This document shows positions 38,576 through 51,409 of a stretch of DNA of 64,000 nt, in pieces. Within the stretch, counting starts at the first letter, position 1. Each line of letters opens with the position of its first letter. The position numbers and the translations under genes are program-made. Origin of the DNA: Mytilus edulis (Eukaryota); assembly GCF_963676685.1 (NCBI RefSeq), contig NC_092352.1, forward strand, positions 32,984,001 through 33,048,000, in the 5' to 3' direction. The notes below the pieces were generated by a model that saw only the letters and a list, made by a program, of their open reading frames with translations, made no database searches and was not told the origin of the DNA.

Positions 38576-41500
38576 GAGATTGGAATGTCCCATACCACAT
38601 GTACCACTGGCATGTCAGATGAGCTAGTATATTGGTTATTGGTTGGAGACTGGTATGTCCCCTAACATTGGCATGTAGGATGAGCAAAAATTGTGTTATT
38701 GGTTAGAAACTGGTATGTCCCCTACCATAGGCATGTTGGATGAGCAAAAATGTTTTTTGTCAGTTAGAGACTGGTATGTCCCCTACCACTGGAATGTTGG
38801 ATGAGCAAAAATGTTGTTATTGGTAAGAGACTGGTATGTCCCCTACCACAGGCATGTTGGATGAGCAAAAATGTTGTTATTGGTTAGAGACTGGTATGTC
38901 CCCTACCACAGGCATGTTGAATGAGCAAAAATGGTGTTATTGGTAAGAGACTGGTATGTCCCCTACCATTGGTTTGTTGGATGAGCAAAAATAGTGTTAT
39001 TGATTAGAGACTGGTATGTCCTCTACCATTGGCATGTTTGATGATCAAAAATGGTGTTATTGGTTAGACTGGTATGTCCCCTACCATTAGTTTGTTGGAT
39101 GAGCAAAAATGTTTTTTGTCAGTTAAAAACTGGTATGTCCCCTACCACTGGAATGTTGGATGAGCAAAATGTTGTTATTGGTTAGAGACTGGTATGTCCC
39201 CTACCACAGGCATGTTGGATGAGAAAAAATAGTGTTATTGGTTAGAGACTGGTATGTCCCCTACCATTTTCGTGTTAAATGAGCAAAATGTTGTTATTGG
39301 TTAGAGACTGGTATGTCCCATACCACAGTCATGTTGAAAGAGCAAAAATAGTGTTATTGGTTAGAGACTGGTATGTTCCCTACTATTGGCATGTTGGATG
39401 AGCAAAATATTGTTATTGGTTAGAGACTGGTATGTCCCCTACCACAGGCATGTTGGATGAGCAAAAATAGTGTTATTGGTTAGAGACTGGTATGTCCCCT
39501 ACCATTTTCGTGTTAAATGAGCAAAATGTTGTTATTGGTTAGAGACTGGTATGTCCCAGACCACAGGCATGTTGAAAGAGCAAAAATAGTGTTATTGGTT
39601 AGAGACTGGTATGTCCCCTACTATTGGTTTGTTGGATGAGCAAAAATAGTGTTATTGGTTAGAGACTGGTATGTCCTCTACCATTGGCATGTTTGATGAG
39701 CAAAAATGGTGTTATTGGTTAAAGGCTGACATGTTGGATGAGCAAAAATGTTAGTTATTGGTTAGAGTCTGGTATGTCTCCTACCATTGGCATGTTGAAT
39801 GAGCAAAATGTTGTAATTGGTTCGAGACAGGCATGTAGGATGAGCAAAAATAGTGTTATTGGTTAGAAACTGGTGTGTCCCCTACCACAGGCATGTTGAA
39901 TGATCAAAAATGGTGTTATAGGTAAGAGACTGGTATGTCCCCTACCATTGGTTTGTTGGATGAGAAAAATAGTTTTATTGATTAGAGACTGGTATGTCCT
40001 CTACCATTGGCATGTTTGATGATCAAAAATGGTGTTATTGGTTAGAGACTGGTATGTCCCCTACCATTGGTTTGTTGGATGAGCAAAAATGTTTTTTGTC
40101 AGTTAAAAACTGGTATGTCCCCTACCACTGGAATGTTGGATGAGCAAAATGTTGTTATTGGTTAGAGACTGGTATGTCCCCTACCACAGGCATGTTGGAT
40201 GAGCAAAAATAGTGTTATTGGTTAGAGACTGGTATGTCCCCTACCATTTTCGTGTTAAATGAGCAAAAATAGTATTATTGGTTAGAGACTAGTATGTCCC
40301 CTACTATTGGCATGTTGAATGAGCAAAATGTTGTAATTGGTTAGAGACAGGCATGTAGGATGAGCAAAAATAGTGTTATTGGTTAGAGACTGGTATGTCC
40401 CCTACCACTGGAATGTTGGATGAGCAAAAATGTTGTTATTGGTTAGAGACTGGTATGTCCCCTACCACAGGCATGTTGGATGAGCAAAAATAGTGTTATT
40501 GGTTAGAGACTGGTATGTCCCCTACCATTTTCGTGTTAAATGAGCAAAATGTTGTTATTGGTTAGAGACTGGTATGTCCCATACCACAGGCATGTTGAAA
40601 GAGCAAAAATAGTGTTATTGGTTAGAGACTGGTATGTCCCCTACTATTGGCATGTTGGATGAGCAAAATATTGTTATTATTGGTTAGAGACTGGTATGTC
40701 CCCTACCACAGGCATGTTGGATGAGCAAAAATAGTGTTATTGGTTAGAGACTGGTATGTCCCCTACCATTTTCGTGTTAAATGAGCAAAATGTTGTTATT
40801 AATTAGAGACTGGTATGTCCAATACCACAGGCATGTTGAAAGAGCAAAAAATAGTGTTATTGTATAGACTGGTATGTCCCCTACTATTGGCATGTTGGAT
40901 GAGCAAAATATTGTTATTGGTTAGAGACTGGTATGTCCCATACCACAGGCATGTTGAAAGAGCAAAAAAAGTGTTATTGGTTAGAGACTGGTATGTCTCC
41001 TACTACTGGCATGTTAGATGAGCAAAAATGTGGTTATTGGTTAGAGACTGGTATGTCCCCTACCACAGGCATGTTGGATGACTGAGCAAAAGTGGTGTTA
41101 TTGGTTAGAGACTGGTATGTCCCCTACCACAGGCATGTTCGATGAGCAAAAATGGTGTAATTGGTTAGAGACTGGTATGTCCCCTACCACAGGAATGTTG
41201 GATGACTGAGCAAAAGTGGTGTTATTTGTTAGAGACTGGTATGTCCGCTACCATTGGCATGTTGGATGAGCAAAAAAGTTGTTATTGGTTTAAGACTGGT
41301 ATGTCCCCTACCACAGGCATGTTGGATAAGCAAAAATAGTATTATTGGTTAGAGACTGGTATGTCCCCTACCATTTTCGTGTTAAATGAGCAAAATGTTG
41401 TTATTGGTTAGAGACTGGTATGTCCCATACCACAGGCATGTTGAAAGAGCAAAAATAGTGTTATTGGTTAGAGACTGGTATGTCCCCTACTATTGGCATG

Positions 41501-42235
41501 TTGGATGAGCAAAATATTGTTATTGGTTAGAGACTGGTATGTCCCATACCACAGGCATGTTGAAAGAGCAAAAATAGTGTTATTGGTTAGAGACTGGTAT
41601 GTCCCCTACTACTGGCATGTTAGATGAGCAAAAATGTGGTTATTGGTTAGAGACTGGTATGTCCCCTACCACAGGCATGTTGGATGACTGAGCAAAAGTG
41701 GTGTTATTGGTTAGAGACTGGTATGTCCCCTATCACAGGCATGTCCGATGAGCAAAAATGGTGTTATTGGTTAGAGACTGGTATGTCCCCTACCACAGGC
41801 ATGTTGGATGACTGAGCAAAAGTGGTGTTATTTGTTAGAGACTGGTATGTCCGCTACCATTGGCATGTTGGATGAGCAAAAAAGTTGTTATTGGTTAAAG
41901 ACTGGTATGTCCCCTACCACAGGCATGTTGGATAAGCAAAAATAGTATTATTGGTTAGAGACTGGTATGTCCCAGCTACCATTGGCATGTTGGATGAACT
42001 AAATGTTGTTATTGGTTAGAGACTGGTATGTCCCCTAATACAGGCATGTTGGATGAGAAAAATAGTGTTATTGGTTAGAGACTGGTATGTCCCCTACCAC
42101 AGTAATAATGGATGAGCAGAAATGTTGTTATTGGTTAGAGACTGGTATGTCCCCTACCATATAGGCTTAGGAAAAATAGTGTTATTGGTTGGAGACTGGT
42201 ATCTCCCTTACTACACAAATGTTGGATTAGCAAAA
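38576..42235. repeat. ~60-61-bp satellite array, about 60 units
   Basis: Consensus ttattggttagagactggtatgtcccctaccacaggcatgttggatgagcaaaaatagtg. Variant units recur in higher-order blocks; edges are degenerate. Confidence 0.97.
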
Positions 42236-42263
42236 AAAAATTAAAAAAAGTTTCATAATGCAT

Positions 42264-45200
42264 TTATTCTTCATGTCGAAGATCAGTTGTTTCCCTGAAT
42301 TTATGTAAAATTTTGCTATTACTTATAAATGAGTATTTAGAAAAAGTTGCATTGGATAAATTTTGAATTCTTTTAATTTCTAAGTCTCTAGCTCTAGTTG
42401 TAGGAGTATTAACTATGTGACATAATCTGTCTTGATTGACTAAGACTGCAGGGTGCCATGCAAAGTCTGGTGGTGTTCTATCATCACCTGCAGTCTTAGC
42501 GCGCGACAGTGCTACAAATAAAGCTCCAGGGGTAAGTGATTCAAACTTTCGTGTGCCTGGATTAATAACAATATATCTACTTGATTCTCCCTCTCCAATA
42601 GTCATACCTTGACATCTATGTATTGTAGTGCCCCAGCCCAGCCTGAGTGGTATTTGGGTTATAGAACATGAATAGCAAAAACAATCAATTTTTCGTTTAA
42701 TAGGTGTAATAGGTACAATTTTTACATCATGGTTTACAAAAGGTGGTCCAGTATATTTTTGAAATTTTACCATCACACAAACTGGTTGACAATCTTTTGG
42801 AGTTTTGCCTTCAGGGTAGATAATTTCGACAACCGTCCCAGTTGAACCATTGAACAGGCCAAATTTCACATGTAAGTTTGTTGTCAACATAACTTTACAA
42901 CCTATGCATAAATAAACGGTCGGAAGTAAGCCTTTAGCGTTTTCACTGGATACACCCTTTGCATGTGAACCATGAGAAATGGCATCTACTTTTGCTATTG
43001 GATTTCTTTCATTTGCTTTTAAAATTTTTGTTTTATTATGAAGCCATTCTTCGTTATGGGTAGGAAAAACAAAAAGACTATTTTCATCCATGTCATCTAT
43101 AAACGATTGACCATGTGACTTAAGGAGGTCTCCCCATTGAAATTTTTGCAGCCAGGTTGCATGGTCTTGAGTAAGTTTGTACTCTCTTAAAGCACCAAGG
43201 ACATTTTTAAAATAAGATTGATCCTCTGCTTGGCGGACTACAGTTTTTAATAATACTGCCTCGTTAAATTCTTTCCAAACAAGTGCACCATGCATACCTG
43301 CTGGGCTTTTTGAATTTGCTTTATATACAGGAGTATCTAAAACTGGGGGCAGTTGCACATCATCACCAAGAAAAATTACAACAGGGAGCCCCCCCCCCCC
43401 CAGGATTGAGAAGCATTTAAACCTTTTTGTACAGCACATCTACACATGTACTCCATCCAACCTAACGTTGTACATCCAATTAAAGAACGCTCATCCACTA
43501 TAAGTACTTTTAAACCTTCACAGTTTTTTTGTAAAATTTCACCGGTAGAGCCATCAGGAGCTTTCATTTCTTTTGACTTATATGTTGTGGGAATTTTTAA
43601 AAAGCTATGTATGGTTACACCATCTATTAAATTAGCACTGTTACCAGTAGGACAGAGAACTTGTACACACTTATTTGTATTAAAAAAACATTTCACTGCT
43701 TTTACCAAGCACTTAATTAGATATGTTTTGCCACATCCTGCACTGCCACCTACAATCAGTCTTAATGGAGTAAAATTAAGTGGGTTATTTTGAAAATCAA
43801 ATAATGCTTTCATAACTAAATTAAAGGCAAACATTTGGTCTTCATTTAAAGATGAAATATTTATATCTGTATTAAATGACAGTTCATCAACAGAAATGCT
43901 TTCTTCAATTTTCAAGTTCTCTATAAATTTTACTCCCAAGTCTGCAGGATAATTATAGTTTGTGACGGACCAGTTATAATCTGGTCCCCCATCATCAAAC
44001 TTAAATTCTGAATTGTCTGTGAATTCTGCATTTGGTTTAATAACTTGGATCCACTCTGGCTGAGACATGTTTTCAAATTCAGAATTATCATCGTCCGACT
44101 TATCATCCACAAGTCCATTTTGTGCTGCATTATTTGCTCGTTCAACGTCTGCCTTTACAAAGTTTGGACAATAGTCAGTTAATAAAAAATGCCTGAATAA
44201 ATCATTCCAACTTACATTATCATCTTTAATGTCTGAAAATTTTCTCCAGTCATGCCAATGAAGAATAAGGGTATTTTTACAATAATTTTCTGTAAGGGGA
44301 CATGTTGCTCTGAGACTTCCACCTGATATAACAGGGACTTTTCCACTTTTGCAAATATAATTGTACCACGAACAGTGATCATTTTCTGGACGGGATAAAT
44401 ACTTATCTAATGGGGTCAGTTTTGTAGCAGTGGATCCATTTTTTTCTAGTATTCGTGCACCAGTTAAACTTATATTTTGAAATGCATGGCTTGATCTATA
44501 TAGAGGTAAAGCAGACAGTTCAAAAGAGGTTTCAACAGCTGAAATATCTCTTTTAACAGTTCCCATTAATAATTTTGTACATAGTGATTTGGTATTAGAA
44601 CCGGTTGTTTCATCAGCACTATTTACCATATCATTAAATAAATCTGCCACAGCCCCTGTAGGTTCATTGCCTTTACATGCATAACCACTAACATATTTTT
44701 CTACTGCAATAATTTCATTAACAGAGGGATTTTCAGGCCCACTCTTTGAAAGAATTAGAGATATATCACCATTTGCTCGCCATGCCTGTGTGTGTATTTG
44801 AGAATGTTGGACCAGATTAGGGTGGTCCCTCTCCATCTCTAAACGTAAGGATCCATTTCTATCTTTTACTATTGCTGGATTATCTCTAACGGTTTTACCT
44901 GGGTTTAATGATGTGCCAAACTCCATACGACACTGTTTAACTGGATTAGAGGGGTTATTTCTAGGGGCACGAAGACAATAATCTGAGCACCTATGCAGAT
45001 TTATTCTGTTACATAGAAGTAAATGATCTTCCAAGATACTTTCTTGTGATTCACTTACATCCATAAGCAATTTATTTAGTGGATTTTTTTCATCAGGAGG
45101 GGCTGGGGCAGTGCCTTCTGGTGGAGGCCACAGATTTTTTTTGGGCTTATTGTTTTCATCTAGCCCTGCAGGATGGTTTGCAGTCATTTTGTATTCTAGT

Positions 45201-48200
45201 TTAGCCCAGTCAGAGAGAAGTTTTGCACATTCGTCATCTGTTTTTCCATCAACGTAAGCTTGGTGCATAAGATTGTGAGGTTCTTTGTCAAATCGCCAAC
45301 ACAAACCATGCCAATGTATCATACCTCTTGACTTTGAAAATTCTTGCCTATACCAATAACTATTAACCCCAAATACAGGTCCCATAATCTCTTTGAAATA
45401 GCTTTGAGTTCTTTTATCAAAATAATCTCCAACAATGTGTGTATTATCTTGTACAGCTTTGAACATTTTGTTGTGGTCATTTAAATCAATTTCGTTGCCA
45501 GTTGTTTCTTTAATGTAAAGGGAAAGGATTCGTTTCAGTGGTTTAAAGTAAAATTCTGCACAACTGCCAGTGGTAAAAAAAGATGGTAGACCCTGACCTT
45601 CATTAATTTTATACTGAATAAGGGCTCTTAATTCTTTTGATCTTTGATTCCAATATTGTGAAGTGCCTCTGAGGTTTGCACTGAAATAAAGAATTTTTTC
45701 AGCTACAGATTTATCTCCAGTTTGTAATTTAGCCTTCAAATCTGAAAGTGTTAACATATTTTCACCAAGTTTTTGTTGAACTATAAATGTACTATTATCT
45801 AGCACACGTTTTCTATTTATTATATTGTGAACAATGAATTTAAAAAATTTGTGCTTTGCAAAGCGGCCATCCTTATACCAAATTAAATGGTTTGCCCAGT
45901 CTGACATCGAAGAACATGTTAATGGGCGATTCATATGGAAGTCTGCACAAGCATGTGGAAATAAACATGGAAAAGCTAGTGTGAAAAAATGTCTTGTAGT
46001 AAACTCAGAAAGTGGAATCTTACCACGAGTTGGCCAAGGAATTGATACCTGACCTTTTTTATTAATAGAAATGTTAGTATTTTCTTCTGTAGCAATTTCA
46101 TCAACAGCATCTTGTATTTTTTGTTTAATATCAAAACATGGTTCTGGAAGCAAAACACTAGATATAGTTTCTCCTTCCACATTACCTGGATCAATTTGCT
46201 TTGGTGCTGGACCCTGATCATTTAAATGTCCAACATTAGAGTTATACTCTAATGTATGAATGTTTTGTATTTGCCCATCCTCTGGTAATAAATTTAAACG
46301 TTCTTCACTTATTTCTATGTCAGAATAAGCCGGATTATTTTTTTTTAACCATATAAGGGCTATTTGTACTTTTTGCCGCCTGACATTGAATTCTTTTGAT
46401 GTATCGTTTTTTCCTATTTTCCTAACTCTTATTATATTAACTTCTGAAGGAAGTTTAGGTAAAATTTTGCCAGGTTCATTTACCTCTTGTGGAAACGCCA
46501 CACAGTGGCCATTTGCAGCAATACCCCCATGTTTTAACATGTGTATATTTATGCAAGGTGAAATTCGGGAAATTAATTGCTCTTCAACAACAGATAAATT
46601 TGCTAGTTCTAGGGGTACTTCTCCAGGATTCATATTATTTTCAGTAGAAAACATCTTAATTACAACTTTATCTTTAAAACACCTTTCACATACACTGTTT
46701 TTTTTTCAAATTAATCTTTCTTTCAAAACAAACTGAACAAACATCAATTGTGTAAGACATTTCTTGTAGTTCAAAAGAACGAATGCAGTTAACTGCCTTG
46801 TTAAAATGCTCATCATCAGCAAATGGAGGTGGATCTGGTATTGTCTCAAAATTTATATTTAGTTTATTTAGTTTGTATTTAATTTTATTATAATTTTTCA
46901 AGCATCTTTTTTTATATTCATCTGGAGTTTCATTTTCAACAGGTGGGTCATATGTTAAACCCAGTTTTCTGCATTTAGTTTGCAGGTCTAAATCTTTTTC
47001 TGTTTGATTGTTAGTCATATTTGTTTTATTGTGAGTTTCAAGTACCGGATTGTCAGCAATTGTATTTGTTGACACACTGTTTTGGCTATAATTTAGAGAA
47101 TCTCCAGTATTGAAATGTTCATTGTTGACAGATGTATGTGATATTTGTGCTGTTTTTTTATTTTTCATGATCTTAATTCTTCTCTTTATTCTCAAGCATC
47201 TTTTTTGGTATTCTTTTGCAGACTCATTTATATTTGGAAGCTCATATTTGATACCTTGCTCTATACATTCAACCTGCAGTTCTTGATCTCGATTGATTTT
47301 TTTAAGTGACTTATTATCAATTGACTTTATAATTGGCATGTTTTTAAATTTTTCAGAAATATGATTTTCTGACATACATGTAACATTTGGAAGGTAAACA
47401 ATTTTTTGTTTTTTTTCAGGAACGGTTAAATGTTTAAAATTGAATTTTCTCTTAATACTGGCGTTACCATTTTTATTTGATATTGCATATTTATTTTCAT
47501 TTAATTGTGACAGTAAAATAATTGGTTGTTGTGGAATTTTTCTCAACAGTTGAAAATGGTTATGGCTAAGTAAAATATTTATTGTTCTACTCTGAGGTGA
47601 GTGGATGTATTGCTCTTTGGTAAAAACTGTTTTGTTTGCCAAGTTTGTTCCTTGTATCCAGATATTTATATTGCTTTGAGTAATTTTTGATGCCATTGAT
47701 ATCTCACAAGAGGTTGCCCATCCTCTTCCATTGACCATTGTTTGTAAATAAATATCCCTTGTGATATTGTTATAATGGGATAGTTTTAGAATATCCTCAT
47801 ATATATAAAAATTGTTGTAAATTTCTGAGCATGATAATGAGCGATAGACATGTGTCTGGGAGAAATCCCCATTTATAGCTAAACTAAGTGATGAGAAAAA
47901 GCAATTTCCATCTCCAGGAACATCATATATGAAAAAGTTATCGTTTTCTATAGCAATCACTCCATTGTGGGGCACATTTAAAAAAGATTGTTTCTGTGCT
48001 AAATGCTGTGTGTCTTTTTTGTTGTGTGATTCTGGAATACATTCCTCAGCTTCAGATTTAATAACAGTATCTAATTTAGAATAAATGGCTTTAGTTTTTG
48101 TATTTTGGGACTTGACTACATTTGCATATGTTTGCTCACTATTTAGTGGAGAACTTGAAGCATAAACCTGTGTAGAACTTGGAGTAACATTGAAGACTGG

Positions 48201-48300
48201 CATAATTTCATTCTTGTCTCCGGTTTTCTTGGGAACAAATTTAACAACATCAGCAAAAGTTAAATTGGGAACTAAATATGAAAAATCATCAGTTTTGCAA
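42264..48300 (-). CDS. Helitron-like Rep/helicase polyprotein (OTU protease, C4 zinc finger, HUH-Y2 endonuclease, PIF1-family helicase), ~2000 aa after correcting two homopolymer frameshifts
   Basis: OTU VPGDGNCFF..WATSCEI..HF; FFTTGSCAE; YWYRQEFSKSRGMIHWHG (HUH); KYVSGYACK (Y2); GSAGCGKT, DERS, GDDVQLPPV, TIHRCQGMT, VALSR (PIF1). Breaks fall at T9 (46698-46706) and C13 (43389-43401). Confidence 0.9.
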
Positions 48301-48538
48301 TATTATAATGATGATTTGAATGTTTGTCAAAAGAATGACCATTGACCGGTGTATCATTCATATTAGCATATGAATGGTCACTGGTTCTGTTCTGCATATT
48401 ATCAAAAGAATGGCCATTGACCAATGGCAATGCATAACGAGCATATGAATGGTCACTGCCACTATAACTTTTAATGTTCTGCATTTTATCTCTGTTTTCC
48501 TTCTTAAAATAGTATATAATTAAGATGGCAACTTTCAA
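48272..48538 (-). CDS. Probable N-terminal segment of the Helitron-like protein with duplicated SDHSYA..VNGHSFD motif
   Basis: Overlaps the upstream open extension of ORF 46686-48203 in another frame; contains an internal ~75-bp duplication. Confidence 0.4.
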   Translation of the reverse strand: MKVAILIIYYFKKENRDKMQNIKSYSGSDHSYARYALPLVNGHSFDNMQNRTSDHSYANMNDTPVNGHSFDKHSNHHYNIAKLMIFHI

Positions 48539-49291
48539 TTCAATTCACACTTACAAGTAGTTCTTTGGCAAATATATATAACGGGTTTTGATGGTCTTGA
48601 AAATTTAAGGGTTGTCAGCGAGCCGATAGTCGTCTGCTAACGAACGTGCAGACGATTTTTTTGTGACAAGGAGACATTATATATGGCAATCCTATGAATT
48701 TAATGGCAGTTACTATGCGGTAATGTACTTGTAGAATTGATATGTAAAAAAAATATACATTATAAAAGGTAAAAAAGGACTAAAACTTGATATTTTAATG
48801 TAAACAAGAAGCGTGTTGCTATGAAGCCACCGGCCATCTTTCCAGTTGTTAAGAAGCTGATGTGTATCAATACCGACAAGTGATAAAAACTAGCGATGAC
48901 AAATGAATAAATGTTGAATTACTTGATATAATTTTAATCTTTGTTCTATTTTTGTTACATATCAAACGAATAACAAATTGACACTAAACTAGTCGAACGT
49001 TAATCGTAAAAAGGGACACGAAAAGCATATGCATGGTAATGTTATTGTGTTGTAGTCCGTACTCTTTTTGGTATTCATATTTATTTTTTAAGATTGTTCG
49101 TCAGCAGAACCGGAATAGATTTTAAAAAGTCGATCTGCGCCGATGCTTCACTACCGGTAACTACTTCTGCGCCGGTCCGGGATTTCAAAACATGACATAA
49201 AAAAAAGTTAACGATTTTGAGTTCATTAGTACAATGAAAAATTCGGGAAATTTTCCCGTATTTTTTTTTTTATTGAATTTTCTACTGTTAT

Positions 49292-49321
49292 TGGGGACTC
49301 CGTCCCCATATAAATACTTGA
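49292..49321. other. Candidate terminus of the Helitron-like element (GC-rich hairpin)
   Basis: tggggac-tcc-gtcccca stem-loop followed by tataaatacttga|t; a second hairpin cgggaaattttcccg lies at ~49244-49258. Confidence 0.5.
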
Positions 49322-51195
49322 TGGAAAACTGCTAAGACGCCGAAATATCACCTTCATCCAAGATATGTTTGTTGTATCTATCTAAATCTTGATATGTGTA
49401 AAAAAAAAAAAAGGGGGGGAGGAGAGATACACAATGATGACTGATGTACACTTTCAAAGAAAAACAAACAAAGTGTATCTAGGAGATGCTAGAAGATTTT
49501 ATACCAAATGGTCAAAATGATTTGTACATTCAATTTTCTGCAAAACAAAAGACAGTTAAACAATATATTCAGCATCAATGAAAAGACGTGTAAATGAGGC
49601 AGCAACCAGTGAATCTAATGCCATAAAATACCAAAAGTAGTCTAGAAATCGTCATGATTAACAGTTTATCATGTAGACTAAAACAAAAAGTGAAGATAAA
49701 ATTGCCAAAAGCTCAATATTACACAAATAAGGAGATGTGGTATGAATACCAATGTGAACTATCCACTCAAGTTCAAATCAATTGGATGTGAGTAATTATA
49801 GGCAACTGTATGGCCTTCAAAAATTAGAAAAATCCATGCATGGTTTGGATAGAGAAAATAAACAGGGAATGTGTCAAAGAGACACTGGGAAACCCGACAA
49901 AAAAGCAGTAAACAGTTCGATGTCACCAATGGGTCGGGTCTTCAACGCAGCAATATAATCTTGCACCCTGATGCGGGATTCAGCTTGCCCAAGGACAATC
50001 ATTTATACAATATATTTCTATGATGGTTTTTTTAAACAATTATATGCTATGCTGGTGACTAAAAATTAATATGATTTTAATATTTACTTTCTCTTGTAGA
50101 CAAACCAAATTGAATGATGATTTATGGACACAGATTTTATGTGTAAAATGTGAAGAATTAAAAAACATGTAATATTCAGGATTTTCATTGTATCATAACC
50201 ATGCTTCAACTTTATAAGAACAAAGTTCAAACCGAAAGATTTTTTTTTTAATTACTGAAGCATCAATCAGTTTAAATAGATCACATTACCAAACATGTTA
50301 GGTATACCTTATTTAGACAGCCGCCACAAATCGAAAAAAATACACAGACGTATATTGATTAAATGAAACAAATATCAAGAAACACATTGTTGTCAGACAT
50401 GGTAGGGAAATTAGATTTGTATTAACAAATTAAAAATCATATGAACAATTAAAGAGTTAGTTTTTACGGTTGAATTGTATCTCATTTTCATGTGGGGTCT
50501 TTTTATAGTTGAATATATGATACGGAGTTTTCTTGATATTAAAGGTCATGCAGTGATCACATTTGCGTATATCCATGTCATTTGAACTCTGCTGGGTTGC
50601 TGCCTCGTTAGAAATCATACCAATTTCCTTATATTTATTTAAAAGGTTCACATGAGAAGTTTTTGTTCTTGTGAATCTATCCTTTATTGCATGCTAATAC
50701 ATGATGAATATTATAAGAGTTGGAGAATTAGAATACACAATAAAAGTTACTATGCAGTATGAGATAAATCCCATTCCATCTTTTCCATGTACATGATTCA
50801 AACATGCATTCAAAGAGTATTGGGTTTCATGACTGACTGTTTAAGTTCTATATTTCTCCATGGACACGGGCTACACTTGCAAAGTGGTTTTGTGTGAAGG
50901 TTGGTTCCTACATATTTTCTTCCTAAAAGGATTAGGCGATTATTGGTGAAACAGCTAAGAAACATTCAGACTATTCTGTCGTTTGCAGTTTAAAGATCAG
51001 TTAATTTTGTAAATAAAAATTGAGTTGGCTTATTGTGTGATTTCGCTGATCTGCCAGTTATACCTGTTTAGGAAGTTTTTCTACATACGCAATCTTATAG
51101 TATTTTTATGAGATGTTTTTCTTTACATAGATGTAACTTGATGTGTGCTTTTTGGTAAGGTGAGTGCATCAGATTTATAAAAAATGACATCATAA

Positions 51196-51409
51196 GGGAC
51201 GACATCAAAAGTTCAATGAAGGATACAAAATTTAATTCACATAGTTTTGTCACTGACCCCCCAGCCCCTCTTAACTTAATTTGGGAAAAATTGATTGACC
51301 CATATGGATATATGTAAAAATCAATGTCGGATAACCAAATCTTGCAGCAGTTCAACCCCCACCCCCAAACTATTTGAATTAAGTTTTTTTTATCTTTTGA
51401 TGTCGTCCC
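51196..51409. mobile_element. PIF/Harbinger-like MITE
   Basis: TAA|gggacgacatcaaaag ... cttttgatgtcgtccc|TAA. Confidence 0.8.

Noticed and set aside
38576-42235. CRISPR-like array (conserved ~32-bp part plus variable part) next to a nuclease/helicase
   Set aside because: The variable halves are point variants of one sequence and recur, so they are not unique spacers. The context is eukaryotic with no cas genes.
42264-46654. Host PIF1 helicase gene or viral replicase
   Set aside because: It is intronless and fused to HUH-Y2 and OTU domains as in Helitron-like transposases; no capsid or polymerase genes are nearby.
30256-46736. Short ORFs within the DIRS and RepHel genes (e.g. 32610-32993, 43446-43793, 46386-46736)
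   Set aside because: Shadow ORFs of the real minus-strand coding sequences.
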